Shown here: positions 56,690 to 64,000 of the stretch, piece by piece
Position numbering within the stretch: the stretch's first letter is position 1
Layout of the letters: the number at the start of each line of letters is the position of its first letter
Assembly (NCBI GenBank): GCA_965208805.1
Contig: OZ242355.1
Location: 1,584,267-1,648,266, forward strand
Reading direction: 5' to 3'
DNA: 64,000 nucleotides
Source: Acidimicrobiales bacterium
Lineage (GTDB): Bacteria > Actinomycetota > Acidimicrobiia > Acidimicrobiales > Bin134
The notes under the pieces: model-generated
The model's database searches: none
Told to the model about the DNA's origin: nothing
The model's input: only the letters and a program-made list of their open reading frames with translations
Made by a program: the position numbers and the translations under genes

Positions 56690-56740
56690 ATGAGCTACGA
56701 GCATCAATGAGCTAGGAGCATCTATGAGCTACGAGCATCT
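56690..56740 (+). repeat. 17-bp tandem repeat x3 of the gene start (ATGAGCTA(C/G)GAGCATC(A/T))
   Basis: Units 56690-56706, 56707-56723, 56724-56740. Confidence 0.9.
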
Positions 56741-58730
56741 GCTGTCACCGGGGCGCATTGGCGCTCTGGAACTGCGCAACCGGCTGATCATGGCCCCGAT
56801 GGGGGAGGAGTTGGGCGACGAGAACGGAGAGGTTTCCGACGACCAGGCGGCGTACCTGGAGGCCCGGGCCAAGGGCGGGATGGCCGTGGTCATGCTGGGT
56901 TCGGTGGGCGTGGCCCATCCGGTGGGCTGTTCCAACAAGCGCCAGACCGCCATCTCAGAAGACCGGTTCATCCCATCGTGGAAGCGGGCCGCCGCTCGGG
57001 TCCACAACCATGGTGGCAAGATCGCCATGCAGCTCACCCACGCGGGCAAGATGGGTCTTCAGGACACCATGGCCGGGCGCCCGATGTGGGTGCCGTCGGA
57101 GCCGGGGCCTATCACCATCGACCCCCTCTATGGGATGGTCACCGCCGAAGAAGGGGCCATGATGGCCGAGCCCTTCATGGCGCCCACGTCCAACCCCCAT
57201 TACCGGGTGATGGACCACGACGACATCGCCACGGTTATCGATCAATTCGCGGCAGCCACCGTACGGGCCCGAGAGGCCGGTGTGGACGCGGTGGAGCTGC
57301 ACGGCGGCCACGGCTACCTCATCGACGCCTTCTTGTCGCCCACCATCAACACCCGAGACGACGAATACGGCGGGCCGGTGGAGAATCGGGCTCGTTTCCT
57401 GGAGGAGATCCTCACTGAGATCCGCCGGCGAGTGGGCGACGACTACCCGGTATGGGTGCGGCTTAACAGCACCGAGGTGGGCATTGACGGCATCGTCCTA
57501 GACGATGCCCTGCACAACGCCCGGGTTGCAGCCGCGGCGGGGGCCGATGCCATCCACGTGTCGGCCTACCACGACCCGGGTATCGCCACCGGACCAACCG
57601 ACTCCTACGGCCCACACGTGCCCGAGCTGCTGGTGCCCAATGCGGCGGCAGTGAAGGCCGAAGTGGACGTGCCGATAATTGCCGTGGGTCGGATCAGTCC
57701 CGAATCGGCCGATCGCCACATCGCCGAGGGGAGATACGACTTTGTGGCCATGGGCCGCAAGATCCTGGCCGACCCTGATCTGCCCAACAAGCTGGCCGCG
57801 GGCCAGTCCGATGACGTGCGTCCGTGCGTGTACCACTACCGCTGCATTGGCAACATCTTCTTGCGAGTGGGAACTCGGTGCGCGGGAAATGGCTTTCTGG
57901 GGAGGGAGGATGAGCTCACCGCTGAGGCCGCGTCGGCTGCCAAAAAGGTGCTGGTGATCGGCGGAGGGCCCTCGGGCATGGAGACTGCCCGGGTGGCCGC
58001 CCTCCGAGGGCATGAGGTGATCCTGGCCGATGCATCTGATCGGCTGGGCGGCCGATGGGCGCTGGCTTCGGCCACCAGCGACGTGAACGCCGAGCTCATG
58101 GAGTGGTTCGAGCGCCAGCTCGATCAGCTCGGAGTGGATGTGCGGCTCAACACCCGCCTGGACGCAGCCGGGGCAAGCGCTTTGTCGCCCGATGCAGTGG
58201 TGGTCGCGGTAGGTGGACGGTGGGGCCGTCCCAATGTGGACGGCATCGATGGCCCCCAAGTTTGGGGCGTGGACGACTTGGCTCCGTGGCTGCTTGAAGG
58301 GGCTTCATTGGATGCCACCCGAGTGGCCGTGCTGGGCGGCGACCTGCCCGGAATCGGGGTGACCGAGACTGCCCACCACCAAGGGGCCGAGGTAACGCTC
58401 ATCGAGTCCGGTCCGGCGTTCGGCTTTTCTCTAGGGCTCCCTGGCCGCTGGCGGGTTGTCAACGACCTTGGCCAAGCAGGGGTGAACCTGGTTACCGGCG
58501 CGCAGGTGGTGGCAGTCACCGACGAAGGGGTGGTGTGGCGCTCCAACGGTAACGAGCAGACGACGCTGGCTGATCTGGTGGTTGTGACCTCGGAACTGGC
58601 TCCAGACACGTCGCTGGCCGACGAGTTGCGGTCTGCTGGAGCTGAAGTCCATGCAGTGGGCGACTGCGCTCAGCCCGGTTTCCTGGAGGGTGCCATGAAG
58701 TCAGCGGTCGAGCTGGCCGCCGCGCTCTAG
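56724..58730 (+). CDS. NADH:flavin oxidoreductase (OYE domain plus FAD/NAD domains; dienoyl-CoA/enoate reductase-like)
   Basis: LRNRLIMAPM, QLTHAG, ELHGGHGYL..FLSP..N.R.DEYGG, RPCVYHYRC, VIGGGPSG. Confidence 0.9.
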   Translation: MSYEHLLSPGRIGALELRNRLIMAPMGEELGDENGEVSDDQAAYLEARAKGGMAVVMLGSVGVAHPVGCSNKRQTAISEDRFIPSWKRAAARVHNHGGKIAMQLTHAGKMGLQDTMAGRPMWVPSEPGPITIDPLYGMVTAEEGAMMAEPFMAPTSNPHYRVMDHDDIATVIDQFAAATVRAREAGVDAVELHGGHGYLIDAFLSPTINTRDDEYGGPVENRARFLEEILTEIRRRVGDDYPVWVRLNSTEVGIDGIVLDDALHNARVAAAAGADAIHVSAYHDPGIATGPTDSYGPHVPELLVPNAAAVKAEVDVPIIAVGRISPESADRHIAEGRYDFVAMGRKILADPDLPNKLAAGQSDDVRPCVYHYRCIGNIFLRVGTRCAGNGFLGREDELTAEAASAAKKVLVIGGGPSGMETARVAALRGHEVILADASDRLGGRWALASATSDVNAELMEWFERQLDQLGVDVRLNTRLDAAGASALSPDAVVVAVGGRWGRPNVDGIDGPQVWGVDDLAPWLLEGASLDATRVAVLGGDLPGIGVTETAHHQGAEVTLIESGPAFGFSLGLPGRWRVVNDLGQAGVNLVTGAQVVAVTDEGVVWRSNGNEQTTLADLVVVTSELAPDTSLADELRSAGAEVHAVGDCAQPGFLEGAMKSAVELAAAL

Positions 58731-58747
58731 CTCTCTAAGGACTGGCG

Positions 58748-59572
58748 ATGAGCTATCGATTGGCAAACCGGGCGGGAGAGGCGGTGCTGCTGGACGGCGC
58801 CGACTTCTGGGCGATGGGCATGGATCCGATGGACGCCTTGGCCGACGTTGATGATCTCCACCGCCTCTGGGCCAACCGAGGCTTGCCCGACGGTCAGCTG
58901 AGCCCAGCCGAGCTAGGCCCCCCAGTGCCCAACCCACAGCAGGTGTTCGGCTACGGGCTCAACTACCGGGACCATATCGAGGAGATCGATCGAGTCGATC
59001 CCATGGGCCGGACCGCCAGCGAGGCACCGGTGGTGTTCACCAAGTTCCCCACCTGCCTGGTCGGGCCATCCGCGCCGGTGAAGTTGGTGGGCGAACACTG
59101 CGACTACGAATGCGAGCTGGTTGCGGTGATCGGCATCGAAACCCGTGCGGTGGACGAAGCTCAGGCTTGGGACCGGGTAGCCGGGCTGATGATCGGCCAG
59201 GACATCTCCGACCGGGCCTTGCAGACCGCGGCCTCCCCGCCTCAGTTCTCTCTGGGCAAGTCACGGGAGTCGTTTGGTCCCATCGGCCCTGCACTGGTGA
59301 GCCCCGACTTGGTGGAAAACCCCGACGATTTGGCCATCTCCTGCGAAGTCAACGGCGACTTGCGCCAAAACAGCCGCACCAGCTTCCTCATGCGCCCGGT
59401 GGCGGAGATGGTGGCATATCTATCGTCCATCCTCACCTTGCACCCCGGAGACCTCATCTTCACCGGCACCCCCGGAGGGGTCGGCCATGCCCAAGGCGTT
59501 TACCTCAAGCCCGGGGATGTGATCCGCTCCGAGATCGAGGGTCTCGGCGCAATGGACAACCCTTGCGTCTAG
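58748..59572 (+). CDS. Fumarylacetoacetate hydrolase family protein
   Basis: GLNYRDH, DYECEL, QDISDR, GKS..SFGPIGP, TGTPGGVG. Confidence 0.92.
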   Translation: MSYRLANRAGEAVLLDGADFWAMGMDPMDALADVDDLHRLWANRGLPDGQLSPAELGPPVPNPQQVFGYGLNYRDHIEEIDRVDPMGRTASEAPVVFTKFPTCLVGPSAPVKLVGEHCDYECELVAVIGIETRAVDEAQAWDRVAGLMIGQDISDRALQTAASPPQFSLGKSRESFGPIGPALVSPDLVENPDDLAISCEVNGDLRQNSRTSFLMRPVAEMVAYLSSILTLHPGDLIFTGTPGGVGHAQGVYLKPGDVIRSEIEGLGAMDNPCV

Positions 59573-59576
59573 GCCG

Positions 59577-60476
59577 CTAGGGCAGCTTCAGCATTTCGGC
59601 TGTCTCGTCACAGGTGGCCAGAGGGCGGCCGACCTCGTTGCACAGGGCCACGGCTTCAGACAAGAGCTCCTGATTGGTGGGGGAGCGGTCGGGGTCGTAG
59701 AACTCCTCGATGCCCACATGGAGGTGGCCGCCCATCTCTAGGGCAAGCCGGGCCACAGGGGTGGCCATGAGGTCGCCGCCCCACACCGACACCGACCAGG
59801 GAATGTCGGTGCCCTCCAGCATGTCTAGATAGGCCAGCAGGGCGTGTTTGGTAGGGGGCAGCCCGAAGGTGACTCCCTTGGAGCGGCGGGAGAGCCCCCA
59901 CTCGGCGCCGAAGTAGAGCTTGGCCATCGAGCCCGCAGGCAACTGGCCGACGCGGTGGTAGGTGAGCACGCATTGCAGGAATCCGGGCTCGTAAATGGCC
60001 ATCGCCGGGGCCCAGCGGTTGTCGCGGCACAAGTCGAAGCTGGCCCGGATCTCGGCGTAGTCGTTCTTGTAGGTGCCGCCCACCGGGAGGCCATCGGGTC
60101 CGGCGCCGCCGATGTTGGTAGAGCCGGGGTCCACGGCCACCATTCGCAGGGGCAGTTCCTCGGCGATCATGGCCATGTGGGCGTACTTGGCCTGATGGTC
60201 CCCAGAGGTGAGCGTGGGGTACCACAGGGCGTCAGGACGGGCGGCTAGCACCGGGGCCATAGCCTCGATGTATGGGTCGGCGGCATCGCGGCCAGTAAGG
60301 CTGATGTCGTGGTTGTGGGTGTGAATGATGGCCGCACCCCTTTCGATGCAGCCCAGAGCATCGGCGGCGATTGCCTCAGGGCTCAAGGGCACGTTGGGGT
60401 TGATTTCGGGGCTGGTGATTCCGTTGATGGCCACCTCGATGATGGCCGGGACTTCCTCGGGCGGAGCTGCTGTCAT
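59577..60476 (-). CDS. Beta-keto acid cleavage enzyme (Kce/DUF849)
   Basis: IIEVAING, NPNVP, GAAIIHTH, DPGSTN, YEPG, GGHLHVGIE, TNQELL. Confidence 0.85.
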   Translation of the reverse strand: MTAAPPEEVPAIIEVAINGITSPEINPNVPLSPEAIAADALGCIERGAAIIHTHNHDISLTGRDAADPYIEAMAPVLAARPDALWYPTLTSGDHQAKYAHMAMIAEELPLRMVAVDPGSTNIGGAGPDGLPVGGTYKNDYAEIRASFDLCRDNRWAPAMAIYEPGFLQCVLTYHRVGQLPAGSMAKLYFGAEWGLSRRSKGVTFGLPPTKHALLAYLDMLEGTDIPWSVSVWGGDLMATPVARLALEMGGHLHVGIEEFYDPDRSPTNQELLSEAVALCNEVGRPLATCDETAEMLKLP

Positions 60477-60533
60477 GGCCAGACCCTAATGCCAGTTCAG
60501 GAAGTCACCGTCTGGCGTGGTTTACTGCGGGGC

Positions 60534-61058
60534 GTGGTTGCACCGGCAGGAGACGGTCCCTGGTTCGAGGATTTTGAAGTGGGCGAGTCGCTCGACCCTG
60601 CCCCGGCGATCACTATTGGACCGGGTGAAGCCGCGGTCTATCAGGCCATTTGCGGCGATCCCTTGGCCATCAGCCTGAGCCGCCCGCTGGCCGAGGCCAT
60701 TACCGGGCAACCCGGATCGGTGGTCAACCCTGCATTGGTATTGCAAGTGGCCATAGGCCAATCCACCGTGGCCACCCGCAAGGTGGTGGCCAACCTGTTC
60801 TACCGGGGCGTGCGCCAACTGCGCACGGTACGAGTGGGGGAGACTCTCACCACGACGGTGACCGTTAGGGGCCTTCGAGAGGCCTCCGCCCGGCCCGACC
60901 GGCCTCCTCGGGGCTTGGTGCTGCTCGGCATGCAAACGGTCGACGATCAAGGTCGCCTAGTGCTGGACTTCGAACGATGCGCCCTTGTTCACCGCCGCTC
61001 TGATGCCCCCACAGGGCACGAAGACGATCTCGAGGAACTCCCAATGAGATCCACATGA
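60534..61058 (+). CDS. MaoC-like double hot-dog dehydratase, N-terminal half
   Basis: GPWFEDFEVG, IGQST.AT..V.ANLFYRG, VGETL; continues in another frame at 61043. Confidence 0.7.
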   Translation: MVAPAGDGPWFEDFEVGESLDPAPAITIGPGEAAVYQAICGDPLAISLSRPLAEAITGQPGSVVNPALVLQVAIGQSTVATRKVVANLFYRGVRQLRTVRVGETLTTTVTVRGLREASARPDRPPRGLVLLGMQTVDDQGRLVLDFERCALVHRRSDAPTGHEDDLEELPMRST

Positions 61059-61519
61059 CTTCGTTTGTGGAGGTCGCCCCGGCCGACTGGGATCTGAGCC
61101 CGCTGGGGACGCCGCAGGAGTGGGCGATCGGGGAAACCCACCGCGATCCGCTGCGCGACACGGTGACCGATGCCCCCGCGCTGGTACGGCTCACCCAAAA
61201 CCTGGCCCCAATTCATCGGGATGCGTTGCTGGGCCAGGGGGGAAAGCGCCTGGTGTATGGCGGGCACACCGTGGGACTGGCCCAGGCTGGGTTGACGCGC
61301 CTAGTGCCCACCGCGGCCACTGTGGTGGGCTGGCATCTCTGCAACCACATCGGCCCAGTATTCGAGGGTGACGTGGTGGATGTGGCCGCCACCCTCAATG
61401 CGGCCGAGCCGGTAGCCAACGGCCGTCTGTTGGCCTTCACGGTGATTGTGCAGGCCGAGCGAGACGGTGCTGATCCGGTGCCGGTGCTCGACTGGCGGCC
61501 GATTGTGCTGGCTCCGTGA
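61055..61519 (+). CDS. MaoC-like double hot-dog dehydratase, C-terminal half (frameshifted or split)
   Basis: RLTQNLA.IHRD, RLVYGGHTVG, CNHIGPVFEGD, VLDWR. Confidence 0.7.
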   Translation: MTSFVEVAPADWDLSPLGTPQEWAIGETHRDPLRDTVTDAPALVRLTQNLAPIHRDALLGQGGKRLVYGGHTVGLAQAGLTRLVPTAATVVGWHLCNHIGPVFEGDVVDVAATLNAAEPVANGRLLAFTVIVQAERDGADPVPVLDWRPIVLAP

Positions 61520-62307
61520 CCGAGACCCCGGAGCCAAGTGATCACGAGCCAAGTGATCATGTGCCCAACGACCATGAGCTGGCCCACTGGCTGGCCCAGC
61601 AGGCTGGAGAACAGCTTCAGGCCCTCTCGAATGAGATGGAGGAATCCCGCGCTGGCTACCTCCACCGGGAGATGGCAGGCGATCAGCTCAGCCATCGCTA
61701 TCTTACCGGGGCGCTAGCCCAGCTCAGGCCCGACGACACCGTGCTGTCGGAGGAAGGGCGCGACGACGGCACCCGCTTGGCGGCCGAACGGGTATGGATC
61801 GTCGACCCGCTGGACGGCTCGTCGGACTATGCCGACCAATGGAGCGACACCTGGGCGGTCCACGTCGGGCTGGCGGTGAACGGCGAACCAGCAGCCGGGG
61901 CGGTTTCGGTGCCTCCCTGGGGCCGCACATTCAGCACTATGAGCCCCGACGGGCCTCCAGCTGACTCTGGTCGAAAGCGACCGTTGGTGGTGATGTCCCG
62001 CTCCCGAGTGCGATGGGACGGCCACCGCCTAGCCCGCCACCTCGACGCTGACGTATACGGTGTGGGCTCAGCCGGGGTCAAGGCCATGGCCGTGGTGACT
62101 GGCGAAGCCGACGCCTGGGTTCACGCCGGGGGGCTCTACGAGTGGGATACCTGTGCCCCAGCCGCCATTGCATTGGCCGCCGGGCTGCATGTTTCCCACC
62201 TTGACGGGTCCCCGCTGTGTTACAACCGCCGCGATCTGGCCCAGTGGGGCATCCTCATCTGCCGCCCAGAGTTGGCCTCTGATCTGAAGGCGGCGTTTGC
62301 CGCCTAG
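61516..62307 (+). CDS. cysQ: 3'(2'),5'-bisphosphate nucleotidase / inositol monophosphatase family
   Basis: VLSEEG.DD, WIVDPLDG, WAVHV, GSAGVK, YEWDTCAP. Confidence 0.82.
   Translation: MTETPEPSDHEPSDHVPNDHELAHWLAQQAGEQLQALSNEMEESRAGYLHREMAGDQLSHRYLTGALAQLRPDDTVLSEEGRDDGTRLAAERVWIVDPLDGSSDYADQWSDTWAVHVGLAVNGEPAAGAVSVPPWGRTFSTMSPDGPPADSGRKRPLVVMSRSRVRWDGHRLARHLDADVYGVGSAGVKAMAVVTGEADAWVHAGGLYEWDTCAPAAIALAAGLHVSHLDGSPLCYNRRDLAQWGILICRPELASDLKAAFAA
61531..61575 (+). repeat. 15-bp tandem repeat encoding EPSDH-EPSDH-VPNDH
   Basis: GAGCCAAGTGATCAC GAGCCAAGTGATCAT GTGCCCAACGACCAT. Confidence 0.8.
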
Positions 62308-62320
62308 CTAACCTGCCGCT

Positions 62321-63358
62321 ATGCGAATCGGCGTGTTGGGGGCGGCGTGGATCGGGCCGATGGGGCTCATCGAACCGGCGAAAGAAGTGGACGGAGTGGA
62401 GGTGGCCGCGGTGGCGGCCCGCGATCCGCAGCGGGCTTGGGCCTATGCCGATGAGCATGGCATTCCTCTGGTATTCGACTGCTACGACGATCTGCTGGCC
62501 TCCGACGAGATCGACGCGGTGTACAACCCGCTGCCCAACTCCCACCATGCCCGCTGGACCATCGCCGCACTGGAGGCGGGCAACCCGGTATTGCTGGAAA
62601 AGCCGTTCACCGCCAATGCCGACGAGGCCCGCCAAGTAGCCGATGCGGCAGAGCGATCCGGGCTAGTGGTGATGGAGGCCTATCATTGGCGCTTCCACCC
62701 CCAGGCAGAACGAGCCATCGAACTAGTGGCCGAAGGCGCGGTAGGCGAGGTGACCCATGTGGAGGCGGCTATGGTCTTTCCGTCGATGCACGGCCCCGAT
62801 GACATCCGCTACCGCTACGACCTGGCGGGGGGCGCCCTCATGGACACCGGCTCCTATGCCCTCAGCAACCTGCGAGCTTTCGGAGAGCTCGAAGTGGTGC
62901 AAGCCGAGTGCGAGGAGATGGCCCCGGACATCGACCGGAAGATGACCGCCGAGCTGCGCTATCGCCATAGCGGGGCCACCGCGTCCATACTCTCGGAGTT
63001 CACCGGCACCGACCGCAAGGCCGAGTTGGGCGACCCTGACGACATAGACCCCGAGGCATTCGATTTCGAGTTTCGGGCCGAGGTGGTGGTGACCGGCGCC
63101 GAGGGGCGACTGCTCATAGACAACCCGCTGGCCCCCATGTGGGGGAGTGGCCTCACTGTCACCGACCACGATGGCAACACCGTCCACCACGAGCCTGCGC
63201 AGCCGGTGGCCACTTACATCTGCCAGCTTCGGGCCTTCCGAGCCTGCGTGGAAGACGGTGGCCCCAACCTGTATCCCCCGTCGGAGTCGATCAAGACGAT
63301 GGAACTCATCGACGCGGTGTACCGGGCCGGTGGTTTACCTGTCAGGGTAGGCATCTAG
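62321..63358 (+). CDS. Gfo/Idh/MocA oxidoreductase
   Basis: RIGVLGAA, YNPLPN..H, LLEKP, MEAYH.RFHP, GGALMDTG. Confidence 0.92.
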   Translation: MRIGVLGAAWIGPMGLIEPAKEVDGVEVAAVAARDPQRAWAYADEHGIPLVFDCYDDLLASDEIDAVYNPLPNSHHARWTIAALEAGNPVLLEKPFTANADEARQVADAAERSGLVVMEAYHWRFHPQAERAIELVAEGAVGEVTHVEAAMVFPSMHGPDDIRYRYDLAGGALMDTGSYALSNLRAFGELEVVQAECEEMAPDIDRKMTAELRYRHSGATASILSEFTGTDRKAELGDPDDIDPEAFDFEFRAEVVVTGAEGRLLIDNPLAPMWGSGLTVTDHDGNTVHHEPAQPVATYICQLRAFRACVEDGGPNLYPPSESIKTMELIDAVYRAGGLPVRVGI

Positions 63359-64000
63359 TCCTGGATTAGCTGGCGGGTGGCGTCGCCCAGCAGGCGGGCA
63401 AATCCCACGGCTCCCAGCGCCTCTAGGCGGCTGCCATCGAACACTTCCAAGGTCAGAGGCGCCTGGCATCCGGCGTCTCGTAGGGTGCGCAGCGCGTTGG
63501 CCAGTTCCATGACCCCCTCGCCAGGCACGCAGCGCTGATAGCGGGTAGCCCAGCCCAGGTCGTCGGGAACATCGGCTGGAGCGTCGTTGAGTTGGATGGC
63601 CCCGATCAGATAACCGGGAATGGAGGCGAAGTCGGCGAAGTCTCCGGGCCCGTAGTGCACGTGCCAGAAGTCCACCGTCAGGCCGCAGTTGGCCCGGCCG
63701 GTGGCGGCCACCACCTCAGCACTGGCCTGCGGGTCGGGGATGGGCCGACTGCGGCTGAACTCCATGTACACGTCCACCCCAATGGCTGCCGCTTGATCGG
63801 CCAAATCGGCCATGGCTTCCGTTGCCTGTTCTTTGGAGGCCGTTCCGGGGCATACCAGGAGACTGTTCACCCCGGTGGCCCCCAGCGCGGCGGCTGCCTC
63901 GAACACCAATTCGCGAGGGGCTTCCTCGTAGTACGGCCCGCCAGGGTCGTCTGGTCCCACCCATACGATGACCGCGTCCATGTCCACGACAGCCAGCCCG
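63355..64000 (-). CDS. Sugar phosphate isomerase/epimerase (TIM barrel), 5' truncated by window
   Basis: YMEF, LTVDFWH, IQLND, RCVPGEG, LTLEV. Confidence 0.82.
   Translation of the reverse strand, partial: GLAVVDMDAVIVWVGPDDPGGPYYEEAPRELVFEAAAALGATGVNSLLVCPGTASKEQATEAMADLADQAAAIGVDVYMEFSRSRPIPDPQASAEVVAATGRANCGLTVDFWHVHYGPGDFADFASIPGYLIGAIQLNDAPADVPDDLGWATRYQRCVPGEGVMELANALRTLRDAGCQAPLTLEVFDGSRLEALGAVGFARLLGDATRQLIQD

Noticed and set aside
56690..56740. Short repeats (here, 20097-20173, 61531-61575) as a CRISPR array
   Set aside because: Only 2-3 copies, no unique spacers of CRISPR size, no cas genes
1..64000. tRNA (including tRNA-Sec), rRNA, integrase or transposase genes
   Set aside because: None recognised; intergenic gaps are short and lack cloverleaf or T-loop signatures by eye

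Overview
High-GC, densely coding bacterial window. Gene content and many leaderless TAnnnT promoters suggest Actinomycetota, possibly Acidimicrobiia (inference). Main blocks: (1) 1-9.6 kb and 18.5-31.4 kb, lipid/steroid-type catabolic genes: two P450s, SDRs, acyl-CoA ligases, two GctAB/IpdAB-like pairs that appear to lack the canonical beta-Glu, KstD-like flavoprotein, NTF2, two LLMs, ACAD, FadA6-like thiolase. (2) 9.8-15.7 kb, defence hotspot: C5 methyltransferase, NaeI-like endonuclease, orphan repeat/membrane protein, two HNH remnants bracketing a VapBC pair, N4/N6 methyltransferase, HicAB-like pair. (3) 31.5-40.1 kb, C1 cluster fhs-fdh-nuoEF-FeS-[DUF222 HNH]-folD, where the formate dehydrogenase is a split selenoenzyme (UGA plus SECIS). 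(4) xylAB followed by a second hidden selenoprotein (PrdB/GrdB-like UxxC plus an extra domain). (5) ECF sigma/anti-sigma with a paralogous Asp-box lipoprotein; its GGAACC-N16-CGTC promoter recurs upstream of a VWA lipoprotein 31 kb away. (6) 51.6-54 kb, a second small defence islet; then an ABC exporter and assorted enzymes. No rRNA, tRNA or CRISPR array recognised. Family calls come from motif reading and recall of family sequences, not database searches.
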